Below, piece after piece: positions 28,968-37,645 of a stretch of DNA of 64,000 bases. A program made the translations under genes and the position numbers. Numbering within the stretch: position 1 is the stretch's first letter; every line of letters begins with the position of its first letter. This DNA comes from a virus: the IMG/VR virus record IMGVR_UViG_3300042197_002243; one strand, 5' to 3'. The notes beneath the pieces are model-generated. The model saw only the letters and a list, made by a program, of their open reading frames with translations. It was not told where the DNA came from and did not search any database.

Positions 28968-29515
28968 AAACTACTTAATGAAACCCTCTTCCAACTATTT
29001 GACGATATGCAAACGTAGAGATAATCTGAGTCATATGACATTTGTCCTGGCAATCCAGAAGAACTTGAGGATGTTGGAGGATTATGAATTACGTTTGGAG
29101 AAACTCCAGTAGATGGCGTATTGTATGCATGAAAATCTATAATTTCTCCACCATAAGTTGTTTCGTTAAAAATTACTGAAGTGCCATTAGTTGCAATAAA
29201 ATCTGATGGTGCTAATTTGACACCATTTACAAATACATCTAAAAATCCTACAGTATAATTTAAAGTAAATGTATTCGTATTTGCAATTGCAACCGTTGAG
29301 GAAGTATTTCTTAAAACTGAACCCGAAGCCCAGGTAACCCCAATACCAGTGGATTGTAAATATTGCCCACTCTGACCCGTTGTAGAACCAGTACTAATTG
29401 ATGTAATAGTGGTAATACCAACAATGTTTACACCACCAGTTACATTTAATGCAGATATGGAAGAAGATATTCCTACATTTAACTTTGGTAATCTGCCACT
29501 AAGAAGTTTTGCCAT
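28964..29515 (-). CDS. short fibre-associated protein
   Basis: Shares the YTVGxLDxxVNGVKLAPS module with the long fibre; C-terminal GQMSYDSDYLYVC...WKR domain. Confidence 0.75.
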   Translation of the reverse strand: MAKLLSGRLPKLNVGISSSISALNVTGGVNIVGITTITSISTGSTTGQSGQYLQSTGIGVTWASGSVLRNTSSTVAIANTNTFTLNYTVGFLDVFVNGVKLAPSDFIATNGTSVIFNETTYGGEIIDFHAYNTPSTGVSPNVIHNPPTSSSSSGLPGQMSYDSDYLYVCISSNSWKRVSLSSF

Positions 29516-29535
29516 TTTACTATTTCACTCTCCCA

Positions 29536-29877
29536 TCACTTCAGTGTTTCGATTACGCTTACGGTAAACTTCAAATTGGTTGCATTGCTTCCAGATATTT
29601 GTAAAACATCATTCGATTCCAACACCAATTTTCCATCAAGAAAACTTGCAGCATCATTTGCTGGAATTGTGAAATCTTTTACTATCTCCGTAGTAACAGC
29701 AGTTCCAGCTACTGTTCTTTTGTGAGAAAAAGTTACTGTTTCTGGTTGAGTGCTGGTATTTGCAACTTGTGCTAAAAGAACTACACCAGCATATCCAATT
29801 GGAGCTGTGTAAATTCCAACGGTGTTTGTTGGTACAACTTGAGTAACTGTTTTAAATACATTTAATGCTAATGCCAT
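29536..29877 (-). CDS. small virion structural protein (hypothetical)
   Basis: 113-aa beta-sandwich-like ORF (GKLVLESND) inside the fibre cluster. Confidence 0.7.
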   Translation of the reverse strand: MALALNVFKTVTQVVPTNTVGIYTAPIGYAGVVLLAQVANTSTQPETVTFSHKRTVAGTAVTTEIVKDFTIPANDAASFLDGKLVLESNDVLQISGSNATNLKFTVSVIETLK

Positions 29878-29884
29878 GACTTAA

Positions 29885-31462
29885 TTAACCTCCTAGTGCT
29901 AAGATGTAAGGTGTTACGTTTGCAAGAACACTCTTCTGATAAAAATTACCATATACTGTTCCGGTATTTTGATTGATGACTACACCATCACCAATTCTAA
30001 AATTACCAGATTGATCTGTGCTAGTATATACAACTAACCCACCATTTCTCATATCAACCTCATTTGCTTGAATTGCAACACCACCTTGAGCAGGAAGAGC
30101 AGAACTAATATCAGTCCCAGAACCAATATATTCGAATGCGTGTCCAGATGCAAGAATTCTACTTTGCTTAAATATTGGAACAGTTGTTCCAACTCCAACT
30201 GTATATGGCAACTGTTCTGCAATCGTAAACGTGCATATACCTGCATGAGGCAAAGTACATCTTTCAATTGCATAATATTTTGGTTTAACAGTCAATGCTA
30301 TCGTGGCAGTATTAATTCCAACATCGGGTGCAGATACAGTAACTGTTGGAATAGTTTCAAATCCTCTTCCACTAGAAATTAAATTTATTTCATTAAGAGA
30401 TCCACTAGAAATATCTGCTGTTGCCTGGGCTGCGATTCCCCATGGAGTTTCTGGATCACTGATTGTAATTGTTGGTGCGTTGAAATAACCAGATCCATGA
30501 TTTGCTATCGATACGGTTTCAACTTCATAATAAAGTTTTCCAAAATAAACCACTTGACCATCAAAAAGTCTTGTCGTTCCAACACCAGAAATAGTAAACG
30601 ATGTTGCTCCTGCATCAGCATTTGACGTAACAATACCAGTTAAAATAGTATTGCTTACACCATCTGCAACTAAACCATAGTTACCAAAAGATGAATTTGA
30701 GTTTGTTAAATCACATGCTCCACCACTTCCACAATAAACTGCAATGTCATCACAAATGGTGAACAATGAAACCAACTGAGCATATCCACTGTTGGTAATT
30801 GAAACTCCTATACCACCTTGATTGTATTGGGTATAAGAGTCTAAAACCATGCTTTTTAAATTTCCAGATGCATGATTACCATCCACACGCATTCCAATAC
30901 TACTGGAAATAAAATTGGTGCAGTTTTGAATATAAGGTGATTGTGTTATATTGCCCGCACCAGCAGGATCAAATGCAATTACTGCTGCAGTACTAGCTGC
31001 GCCAGTAAATGACATTTCTGCAATATAGTTACCATTTGTAACATAAAATAAATCTGATGATGTATTTTGTGGAGATATTGATACTTCTCTTAAACTACTT
31101 CCGACAATACTTACCTGTTCAGGAAGACTTATTGGATTATTTTCAATATAATTTCCTGGAGATACTTTAATAACTGTACCTGCAGATGCTAACGCCACGG
31201 CACCGGCAATAGTTGCTTTTGCATCTCCCAATTTTTTTCCTGTATTGCTGTCATTGCCATCAGCAGTCACGTACAAGACGTTAGTTACTGTAGCACCGAC
31301 ACCCAATGATACAATGTCAGTACCAATACCCGTTCTTTCTCTGCGGGTATAAAGTTCTGCATCAAACGTATTAAGACCAAGTTCCCCCAGCTGCAAATCA
31401 GCAACTGACGGTCTTTTTCCGGGGACGGAAGACCGCTTTATTCTAATATTCGGATTTGCCAT
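29885..31462 (-). CDS. tail spike/fibre with T4 gp37-N-like head and pectin-lyase-like beta helix
   Basis: IRIKRSSVPGKRP...LQLGELGLN N-terminus; LYVTADGNDSNTG...ATIAGA...IKVSPGNY beta-helix cap. Confidence 0.7.
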   Translation of the reverse strand: MANPNIRIKRSSVPGKRPSVADLQLGELGLNTFDAELYTRRERTGIGTDIVSLGVGATVTNVLYVTADGNDSNTGKKLGDAKATIAGAVALASAGTVIKVSPGNYIENNPISLPEQVSIVGSSLREVSISPQNTSSDLFYVTNGNYIAEMSFTGAASTAAVIAFDPAGAGNITQSPYIQNCTNFISSSIGMRVDGNHASGNLKSMVLDSYTQYNQGGIGVSITNSGYAQLVSLFTICDDIAVYCGSGGACDLTNSNSSFGNYGLVADGVSNTILTGIVTSNADAGATSFTISGVGTTRLFDGQVVYFGKLYYEVETVSIANHGSGYFNAPTITISDPETPWGIAAQATADISSGSLNEINLISSGRGFETIPTVTVSAPDVGINTATIALTVKPKYYAIERCTLPHAGICTFTIAEQLPYTVGVGTTVPIFKQSRILASGHAFEYIGSGTDISSALPAQGGVAIQANEVDMRNGGLVVYTSTDQSGNFRIGDGVVINQNTGTVYGNFYQKSVLANVTPYILALGG

Positions 31463-31540
31463 TCAACCTCCACATGTTCGGTATGTACCGTAGATGCCGA
31501 TATATATCGGCATATCTATTAGTTATTAAGTATATTTATT
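31463..31540 (-). promoter_or_regulatory. late promoter (AATAAATA) and leader with twin palindromes
   Basis: Perfect 20-bp palindrome at 31494-31513, CGGTA-NN-TACCG at 31479-31490, GGAGG SD. Confidence 0.6.
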
Positions 31541-31731
31541 CAATTATAATGTTCGGGATTTACAATAGTTCGAGAATCTGACTCATATTTTTTAATTTTG
31601 TCCTCCAATTCAACTATTTTTGCAAGTGCTTGTTCCAGTTTAGTTTCTGCAACAACAAGTTGTGTAAATAAGTCCATTGCTTTTTTTTGATAAGTATTCA
31701 AAAGATACTTCAAATCATTTTCAGTTGCCAT
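31540..31731 (-). CDS. small coiled-coil protein
   Basis: 63 aa with a heptad pattern. Confidence 0.65.
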   Translation of the reverse strand: MATENDLKYLLNTYQKKAMDLFTQLVVAETKLEQALAKIVELEDKIKKYESDSRTIVNPEHYN

Positions 31732-31740
31732 TATTTAAAA

Positions 31741-32841
31741 TCAGAAAGTTCCGCAGTCGATAGTAATATTGATAAGGTTTCTTGTTGATCCGGAGCATGA
31801 AATTACTTGTGAAGATCCAGCACAGTCATTGACATAAAGTGATCCAATTTCTACATTTGCATATCCAGAAGCAGATAATACTCCAGATGACTCGGAAACT
31901 TGTGAAGCAAGAACAATTCTTGATGCACTATCGTCCCAATAAACAGCCGCTTTTTTAGCAGTTCCATCAAAATAGTTTAACAACAATCCAAGATCGAGAT
32001 CAAGATCTGATGACGGCGCAGCACCATTTACAAGACCAACTTCAATCAGAGCATCTTCAACAGTCAGCGTTTGTGTATTGACTTGAGTTGTAGATCCATT
32101 AATAAATAAATCTCCACCAACTGTCAGGTTGCCAGTGATATTTCCTGTTCCGGCGGTAACAATGCCAGCAAATGATGCATTTTTCCATCTTTTAGATCCG
32201 CTTCCAAGTTCATATGTATCATCACTTGTTGGAATTAAATTAGATGCAAATTCTCCACCAACTACAACGTTATCACCTTCTGTGTCTCCAAGTCCAATGG
32301 TTCCACCACGGAAAGTTACAACACCGACAAATTCCGAGTATCCTTGTACATTTAAATTCTGACCGATCGTTACATTCTTATTAACTCCAAGACCACCATC
32401 AATTTGAACTGCACCACTATCGGGATTTCCAAGTTCATTATCAGATGTATCTGAAAAAGTTACTATTCCAGTAAAAGATGAACTTGCTGCCGGATCTGCC
32501 CAACTTAAATTTCCATCACCATCATTTGAAAGAATATAACCAGCACTTCCTTGAGATCCTGGCAAATAATAAGTAACAATACCGGCAAGAGATGCTGGAG
32601 ATGCAAGAGTTATAAAACTTGATCCATTATCAGATCCTTCAACAAGGTTAACTCCACTACCAGTTGTTGAAGTTCCCCTAGTCCAATATCTATGAGAACC
32701 GACGAACTTATTAGTCGCAGTATCTGAAGTTAAACCAACGTATAAATCATAACTATCAGTTGTAAATCCGGGTTCTCCGGCTTGCAACCCAGGAAGATTA
32801 GATAGTAATCCTCTTTTAAACTGAATGACAGGTGCAGTCAT
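31741..32841 (-). CDS. fibre protein with Mtd-N-like N-terminal domain
   Basis: IQFKRG...LQAGEPGFTTDSYDLYVG; GGLGVNKN and LTVEDALI fibre modules; ends IDCGTF. Confidence 0.75.
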   Translation of the reverse strand: MTAPVIQFKRGLLSNLPGLQAGEPGFTTDSYDLYVGLTSDTATNKFVGSHRYWTRGTSTTGSGVNLVEGSDNGSSFITLASPASLAGIVTYYLPGSQGSAGYILSNDGDGNLSWADPAASSSFTGIVTFSDTSDNELGNPDSGAVQIDGGLGVNKNVTIGQNLNVQGYSEFVGVVTFRGGTIGLGDTEGDNVVVGGEFASNLIPTSDDTYELGSGSKRWKNASFAGIVTAGTGNITGNLTVGGDLFINGSTTQVNTQTLTVEDALIEVGLVNGAAPSSDLDLDLGLLLNYFDGTAKKAAVYWDDSASRIVLASQVSESSGVLSASGYANVEIGSLYVNDCAGSSQVISCSGSTRNLINITIDCGTF

Positions 32842-32876
32842 TGTTATTGTTTATATTTACTTATGTTTATTTAGTT

Positions 32877-33188
32877 TTAAAATGTTCCGGCGTCTAAATC
32901 AATTCGATTGTCGAGATCAATATCCACACGATCAAGAAATGCTGTAGCATAACCAACAAGTCCTGGTTGGTTAGTTTCAGTTGAAGCAGCAGAGTTCAAA
33001 ACAACATCAGGATTAACTAATTTATATTTTTGTGTTGATGCATCATAAACCAAAACATATTGATCTTTATTACCTAGATCGGTTGCACTAACATCGCTGA
33101 GATCTGAAAGTCTATCAGCCACAATAGTCCTCTCTACGAATACGGAAAATGAATTTGCACCGTCCATACTAACAGAATAATCTGCCAT
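32877..33188 (-). CDS. hypothetical fibre-associated protein
   Basis: LSDLSDV...VLVYD module; ends LDAGTF; late promoter CATAAATA at 33211-33218. Confidence 0.7.
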   Translation of the reverse strand: MADYSVSMDGANSFSVFVERTIVADRLSDLSDVSATDLGNKDQYVLVYDASTQKYKLVNPDVVLNSAASTETNQPGLVGYATAFLDRVDIDLDNRIDLDAGTF

Positions 33189-33213
33189 GGAAATACTCGC
33201 TATTTAAAAATAT

Positions 33214-33537
33214 TTATGTAACGAGTGCCATTCCCTCAATAACTCTTGTCTTTTTATTGTTATTATTATTTGTTATGACAATATTATAATAATACCGACC
33301 CATATCCAATTCACTTGTTACACTATTTCCCATGGATATTGTTATTTTGCCAGTTGCCACAACTAATGAAGATGAAAATGTGGAAATTCCTGTTGTGGCA
33401 TCTGGAAATTTTCTCAAAGTCGATAATGCACTAGTGTCTGTTAAATTATACGGAGTTCCATCTGGATTTGTAATTGTAAAAGTTGCAAAATAATCTGCAC
33501 CCTTTTCAATTACTATATTTACTGCTGGTACTGCCAT
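33214..33537 (-). CDS. hypothetical virion protein (BppU-N-like adaptor)
   Basis: NIVIEKGAD...GRYYYNI...TRVIEG pattern; late promoter AATAAATA at 33552-33559. Confidence 0.7.
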   Translation of the reverse strand: MAVPAVNIVIEKGADYFATFTITNPDGTPYNLTDTSALSTLRKFPDATTGISTFSSSLVVATGKITISMGNSVTSELDMGRYYYNIVITNNNNNKKTRVIEGMALVT

Positions 33538-33550
33538 GACACTTTTTTAA

Positions 33551-33985
33551 TTATTTATTATCGGATCCCAATCCATCCTTTAAAAGTTTCGAAAGTTCTG
33601 CTGTTGATCCAACAAACAGAGCATTCGTAACATTTGTTGGCCCACGAACTTGTTTAGTCTCCTCAATATCTTTAAGTTTCTTTTGAAGATCCATCAACTT
33701 GTCGGTTGCATCCGAAACATTTTTAATTAATTGTCCAGCAACTTCATAAGCTCTGGGCATTTCACTTTCTTGTGCGAGTTCTAAAATACCATTGATTGCT
33801 TCTTGCCCCTTCTCAATAATTGAATACAAATTTCCTCTAGTATATTCGTAGTCCTTTCGGATATCTTCAATTGATGAAGAAAATGATTCAATTTTTGATT
33901 CGATAGTTTCCGTTTTTGATTCGACTATTTCTCCCGAAATATCAAAAGTCTCGTTTAATTTATCGAATTTCTTTGTCATTTTCAT
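33551..33985 (-). CDS. g16: terminase small subunit gp16
   Basis: DYEYTRGNL, PRAYEV, NALFVGSTAEL. Confidence 0.95.
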   Translation of the reverse strand: MKMTKKFDKLNETFDISGEIVESKTETIESKIESFSSSIEDIRKDYEYTRGNLYSIIEKGQEAINGILELAQESEMPRAYEVAGQLIKNVSDATDKLMDLQKKLKDIEETKQVRGPTNVTNALFVGSTAELSKLLKDGLGSDNK

Positions 33986-34983
33986 GATCCACTAAATCCA
34001 AAATCGTCACCAAGTTGTATCAATGCATTATCTGCATTTGTAATTGTTTTAACTGCAGAACCGTTTACATGAGGTGCAATCACCGTATTATCAGATCCCC
34101 TAGAAACTTTAAGTGTGTTACTAGATATTGATTCTACATACATTTCCTCACTATCAATTACAATGTATGTTCCTGCAGAAATGGATGATGCATCGACAAC
34201 ATCTATAAAAATGGTCGTTGATAATGCATCAATATCTTGTGCAAGATTGGTCGTTACTGTGCCAGTATAATTTTTAGTTGCACGAGGTTCAACACTATAA
34301 GAAAGATCTCTTGATGGACTTGAAGATTGATCTCCACCAATATATCCGATAGTAACTTTTTTGATAATATCTTTGGATATATCTGCAATTGGACCAAACA
34401 AATATGTTTTAGCAGTAAATCTGAGAGTATAATATAAAGATCTTCTAGTAGTAAAATCACCTTCATACTCATCTCTCATCGTTATCCCTTCGAAGACAAC
34501 TGGAACATCTCTTTTTTCTCCAATCGTTCTTACCAAATCAACTGATAATGTATATGCTGGTTGAAAATATGGTAAAATTTGCTCAACAATTTGAAGCATA
34601 TCATCATTTAATTTTGTATAAATCGCTAACTCAAAACTCATATTATATGGAACTGGCATATAAGTTTTTCTTGGTTGTGTGCCATCCGACGCTAAACCAG
34701 AAAGAAAAGTTTGTGTTGTCGTGACTTTTCTAGATGGATCATAAGTCAAACCAGTAAATTCAAATGACATTCTTGGTAAGGAAATTTGAACTGGTTTGTT
34801 AAGATCGGGAACTTGTTCCAATCTTGCTAAAAATTTCTGAGTTGGACCATAAGCTAATGGAACCTTCATTACGCTGGTTACATTATCAGAATCATTTGTG
34901 TGCTTGATTGAAATGTCATTGAATAGAGTACCAAAAGCTACAATTGTACTCCTCAATATTTCGTGATAAAAATATTCAAACAT
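33982..34983 (-). CDS. g15: tail sheath stabilizer gp15
   Basis: YFYHEI...FGTLFN, VPLAYGP, LPRMSFE, QIVEQILPYFQP. Confidence 0.95.
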   Translation of the reverse strand: MFEYFYHEILRSTIVAFGTLFNDISIKHTNDSDNVTSVMKVPLAYGPTQKFLARLEQVPDLNKPVQISLPRMSFEFTGLTYDPSRKVTTTQTFLSGLASDGTQPRKTYMPVPYNMSFELAIYTKLNDDMLQIVEQILPYFQPAYTLSVDLVRTIGEKRDVPVVFEGITMRDEYEGDFTTRRSLYYTLRFTAKTYLFGPIADISKDIIKKVTIGYIGGDQSSSPSRDLSYSVEPRATKNYTGTVTTNLAQDIDALSTTIFIDVVDASSISAGTYIVIDSEEMYVESISSNTLKVSRGSDNTVIAPHVNGSAVKTITNADNALIQLGDDFGFSGS

Positions 34984-35028
34984 GTTAGCAATTGCTTATA
35001 TAATCTATTTAACAAAAAGATAATCTAT

Positions 35029-36408
35029 CTATGGATTTCCAAATGGATTTGATTCAGAAAAGTCTACAATTTGATCTGCTTCAGATTCAATCGAATCGTT
35101 TTGAGCATATCTATCGACATTATCGTCTGTAGAATACGTCCTCAGTTTATATGCTGCAGACGATCCAGTTCCAGTTATAACGTCACCATTGACAAAATTT
35201 CCATTTATCTTATAAACATTAAGTTCTCCTGTAGGTGCATTCCAAGATTTAACCAATGCAGTTGTTCCACTAATACTTCCTGTGACAGTTTCTCCATGAA
35301 TATAAGTACCAACACCAGAGGATGCTGGTGCCGCAATGGTAATAGTAGGTGTAACGGTATATCCAGCACCGGCGTTTACAATTCTAATTGAAGTTACAAC
35401 ACCAACAGTATTGATGTATGCTCTTGCTGTAGCATTAATACCTCCAGCAGGAGCTGCAGGAATAGTAATGATAGGTGGAGTTGCATATCCACCTCCACCA
35501 CTTGTTACTGTGATTACTCCAACAACTCCATTGCCAATTGCTGCCGTTGCAGCCGCACCAGCGCCACCTCCACCAACAAATACAACACCAGGGGCAACAG
35601 TATATCCATATCCAGGATTTATAAGTTCGACCCCCTGAATTTTATTTGACGTTGTTCCATTACAATCAACAATTGTATCAATAAATGTTGCAATTCCAAC
35701 TGCTGTTAATCCGCCAGCTGGGGCAGAGGAAATTGCAACTTGAGGAAGAGACGTATATCCATATCCTCTGTTTGTTACAGTAATCAAACGTACTGCGCCA
35801 TTGAGTATTCCTGTAATTGCAGTTGCTGTAGTTCCGACTCCGACCAATCTTAATGTTTGCGTATATCCATCATTGAGAATATTATCATCAATTTCAGCAA
35901 CATCGGTATTAAGTTCCTCATCCTCATATCTGAAGAGCTCACATTTTAACTCATAAACATAAGTTTTTTGTAATTGATAAAATGGTTGCTCATGTTCTAC
36001 GAATTTAATTTCAAACAATCTATCTCCAAGTGGAAACCAAATCAAATCTCCCTCTTTTGGTCTCGTAGATAATTCAACGTTAGGTCTATCTTTTATCAAC
36101 GGTGTAATATAATTTTCAAATCTTTCTCTTGAAATTGTTACTGTTAGATCTGTTAATGGTTGAATACCAAATTTAGAAAGTATTGTTCCTTGCCCTTCGT
36201 ATCCATCATACGTATTAACATAAGCTTCAATTGGGAGTGCCTGGGTGAATTTTGATTCGATGACTTCCCTTATAACACTTTTTTTTGTGATATATTTTCT
36301 TGGAATGTAATATATTTCAACCCCATACATGCGAAGTTGTTCGTTAATTAAGTCTTGAATTAACGATTGTTCGGTTTTAGACCCTTGAAGAAAAAATGGA
36401 TTAAGCAT
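35029..36408 (-). CDS. g14: neck protein gp14 with inserted repeats
   Basis: RPKEGDLIWFP, FEIKFVEHE.PFYQ, DFSESNPFG; four GxGY modules inserted. Confidence 0.93.
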   Translation of the reverse strand: MLNPFFLQGSKTEQSLIQDLINEQLRMYGVEIYYIPRKYITKKSVIREVIESKFTQALPIEAYVNTYDGYEGQGTILSKFGIQPLTDLTVTISRERFENYITPLIKDRPNVELSTRPKEGDLIWFPLGDRLFEIKFVEHEQPFYQLQKTYVYELKCELFRYEDEELNTDVAEIDDNILNDGYTQTLRLVGVGTTATAITGILNGAVRLITVTNRGYGYTSLPQVAISSAPAGGLTAVGIATFIDTIVDCNGTTSNKIQGVELINPGYGYTVAPGVVFVGGGGAGAAATAAIGNGVVGVITVTSGGGGYATPPIITIPAAPAGGINATARAYINTVGVVTSIRIVNAGAGYTVTPTITIAAPASSGVGTYIHGETVTGSISGTTALVKSWNAPTGELNVYKINGNFVNGDVITGTGSSAAYKLRTYSTDDNVDRYAQNDSIESEADQIVDFSESNPFGNP

Positions 36409-36409
36409 A

Positions 36410-37255
36410 TTATCCGATCATGTCTAATGGTGGTAATTCATAAGTATTAGACATTCTTTCCATAATGAGATCTATTTCTCTTTGAGCATCTTCATACATC
36501 TGTCTTCCATTCAATTCCACACCACCAGGCAATTTGACTCCTGTAAATTTCATCATGTTTTGACCCCACTGACGCTTAATCAATGCAGTCAAATATGGTT
36601 TTAAGAAAGAATCATTCCAAACTCTAGAATAATCATTAGGATCTAATGTCCTAAAACAATCGATAATAATGTAGTTTCCAACAGCAGCACTTCCCCAATC
36701 AATATCAATATACAGTCTATCTTGTCTCTTATTAAATCTAATTTGCTTTTCTGTCGTTAATAAGAAATCGATATCTTCCAAATATGTTTTAACCATAGCA
36801 TAGGTTAGAAGTTCAGTTGTACCCCAATAGTAAATATCATTTAAGAATAACTGATATTTGACACTGAACATATTGTGAGTAATACTATTGGTGCCATCAA
36901 ATTTATAAATTTTATTAACACCAATTACTGATGGCGGAACTGGTAAATAATTTCCGTTTTCTTCAAATCTGAAAGTAGTACTATTTCCTAACGTTTCTGT
37001 TACTGTTGTTGTTGTAATTCCAACAGAACCAGTATTCCCTCCTCTAGCTCTTCCCCTATCAATATCATCTTGAGTAATCTGATACTTCATGTATGTTTGA
37101 TAAACCCCATCAAAGTGTCTTTCTTGAAAATACTGAACAGCATCATCAACAAGATCTTCTATTTGCTCATCAGCAACGTTGATTTCCAAAACTGGATATC
37201 CCAGTTTTCTTTTGCAGTAATCAATTAGTTCTTGTCTTGTGCTGGGTTGGGCCAT
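36410..37255 (-). CDS. g13: neck protein gp13
   Basis: LGYPVLEINV, KRQWGQN, LPGGVELNG. Confidence 0.95.
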   Translation of the reverse strand: MAQPSTRQELIDYCKRKLGYPVLEINVADEQIEDLVDDAVQYFQERHFDGVYQTYMKYQITQDDIDRGRARGGNTGSVGITTTTVTETLGNSTTFRFEENGNYLPVPPSVIGVNKIYKFDGTNSITHNMFSVKYQLFLNDIYYWGTTELLTYAMVKTYLEDIDFLLTTEKQIRFNKRQDRLYIDIDWGSAAVGNYIIIDCFRTLDPNDYSRVWNDSFLKPYLTALIKRQWGQNMMKFTGVKLPGGVELNGRQMYEDAQREIDLIMERMSNTYELPPLDMIG

Positions 37256-37419
37256 TTGAGTTCAGATAAAACTTCTTCTTGCTTGAGATATAACTTCACG
37301 AATGATTTAGCGAGATTTCTTAATTCGTCAATATCGCTTATACTATCTATATCACGAGCAACCTTTTCATATTCAAAAGATTTATTTAAATTTGTAAGTT
37401 GAATGTTATTTGGATTCAT
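37225..37419 (-). CDS. small hypothetical protein
   Basis: 64-aa ORF packed into the late operon. Confidence 0.6.
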   Translation of the reverse strand: MNPNNIQLTNLNKSFEYEKVARDIDSISDIDELRNLAKSFVKLYLKQEEVLSELKWPNPAQDKN

Positions 37420-37645
37420 AGGTCAAAACTCTCAAAAGATTTTTAATTTCATCAATATCACCTTTCAATCTGCTCATATCATCTTCAAGTCTCTGAAGTT
37501 TTTGACCCTCAGATTCTTTTACTTGTTTTAAATTTTTATAATTTTGATAATCATTCATGTTGGTATTTAAAATTGCATTCGTAGAATTATCACGAACTAG
37601 ACTAGTATAACCTTCAACTTTAGAAAATTTTGTATTCATAATCAC
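37406..37645 (-). CDS. small coiled-coil hypothetical protein
   Basis: KVEG...LVRD..TNAILN followed by a coiled coil. Confidence 0.7.
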   Translation of the reverse strand: MIMNTKFSKVEGYTSLVRDNSTNAILNTNMNDYQNYKNLKQVKESEGQKLQRLEDDMSRLKGDIDEIKNLLRVLTYESK

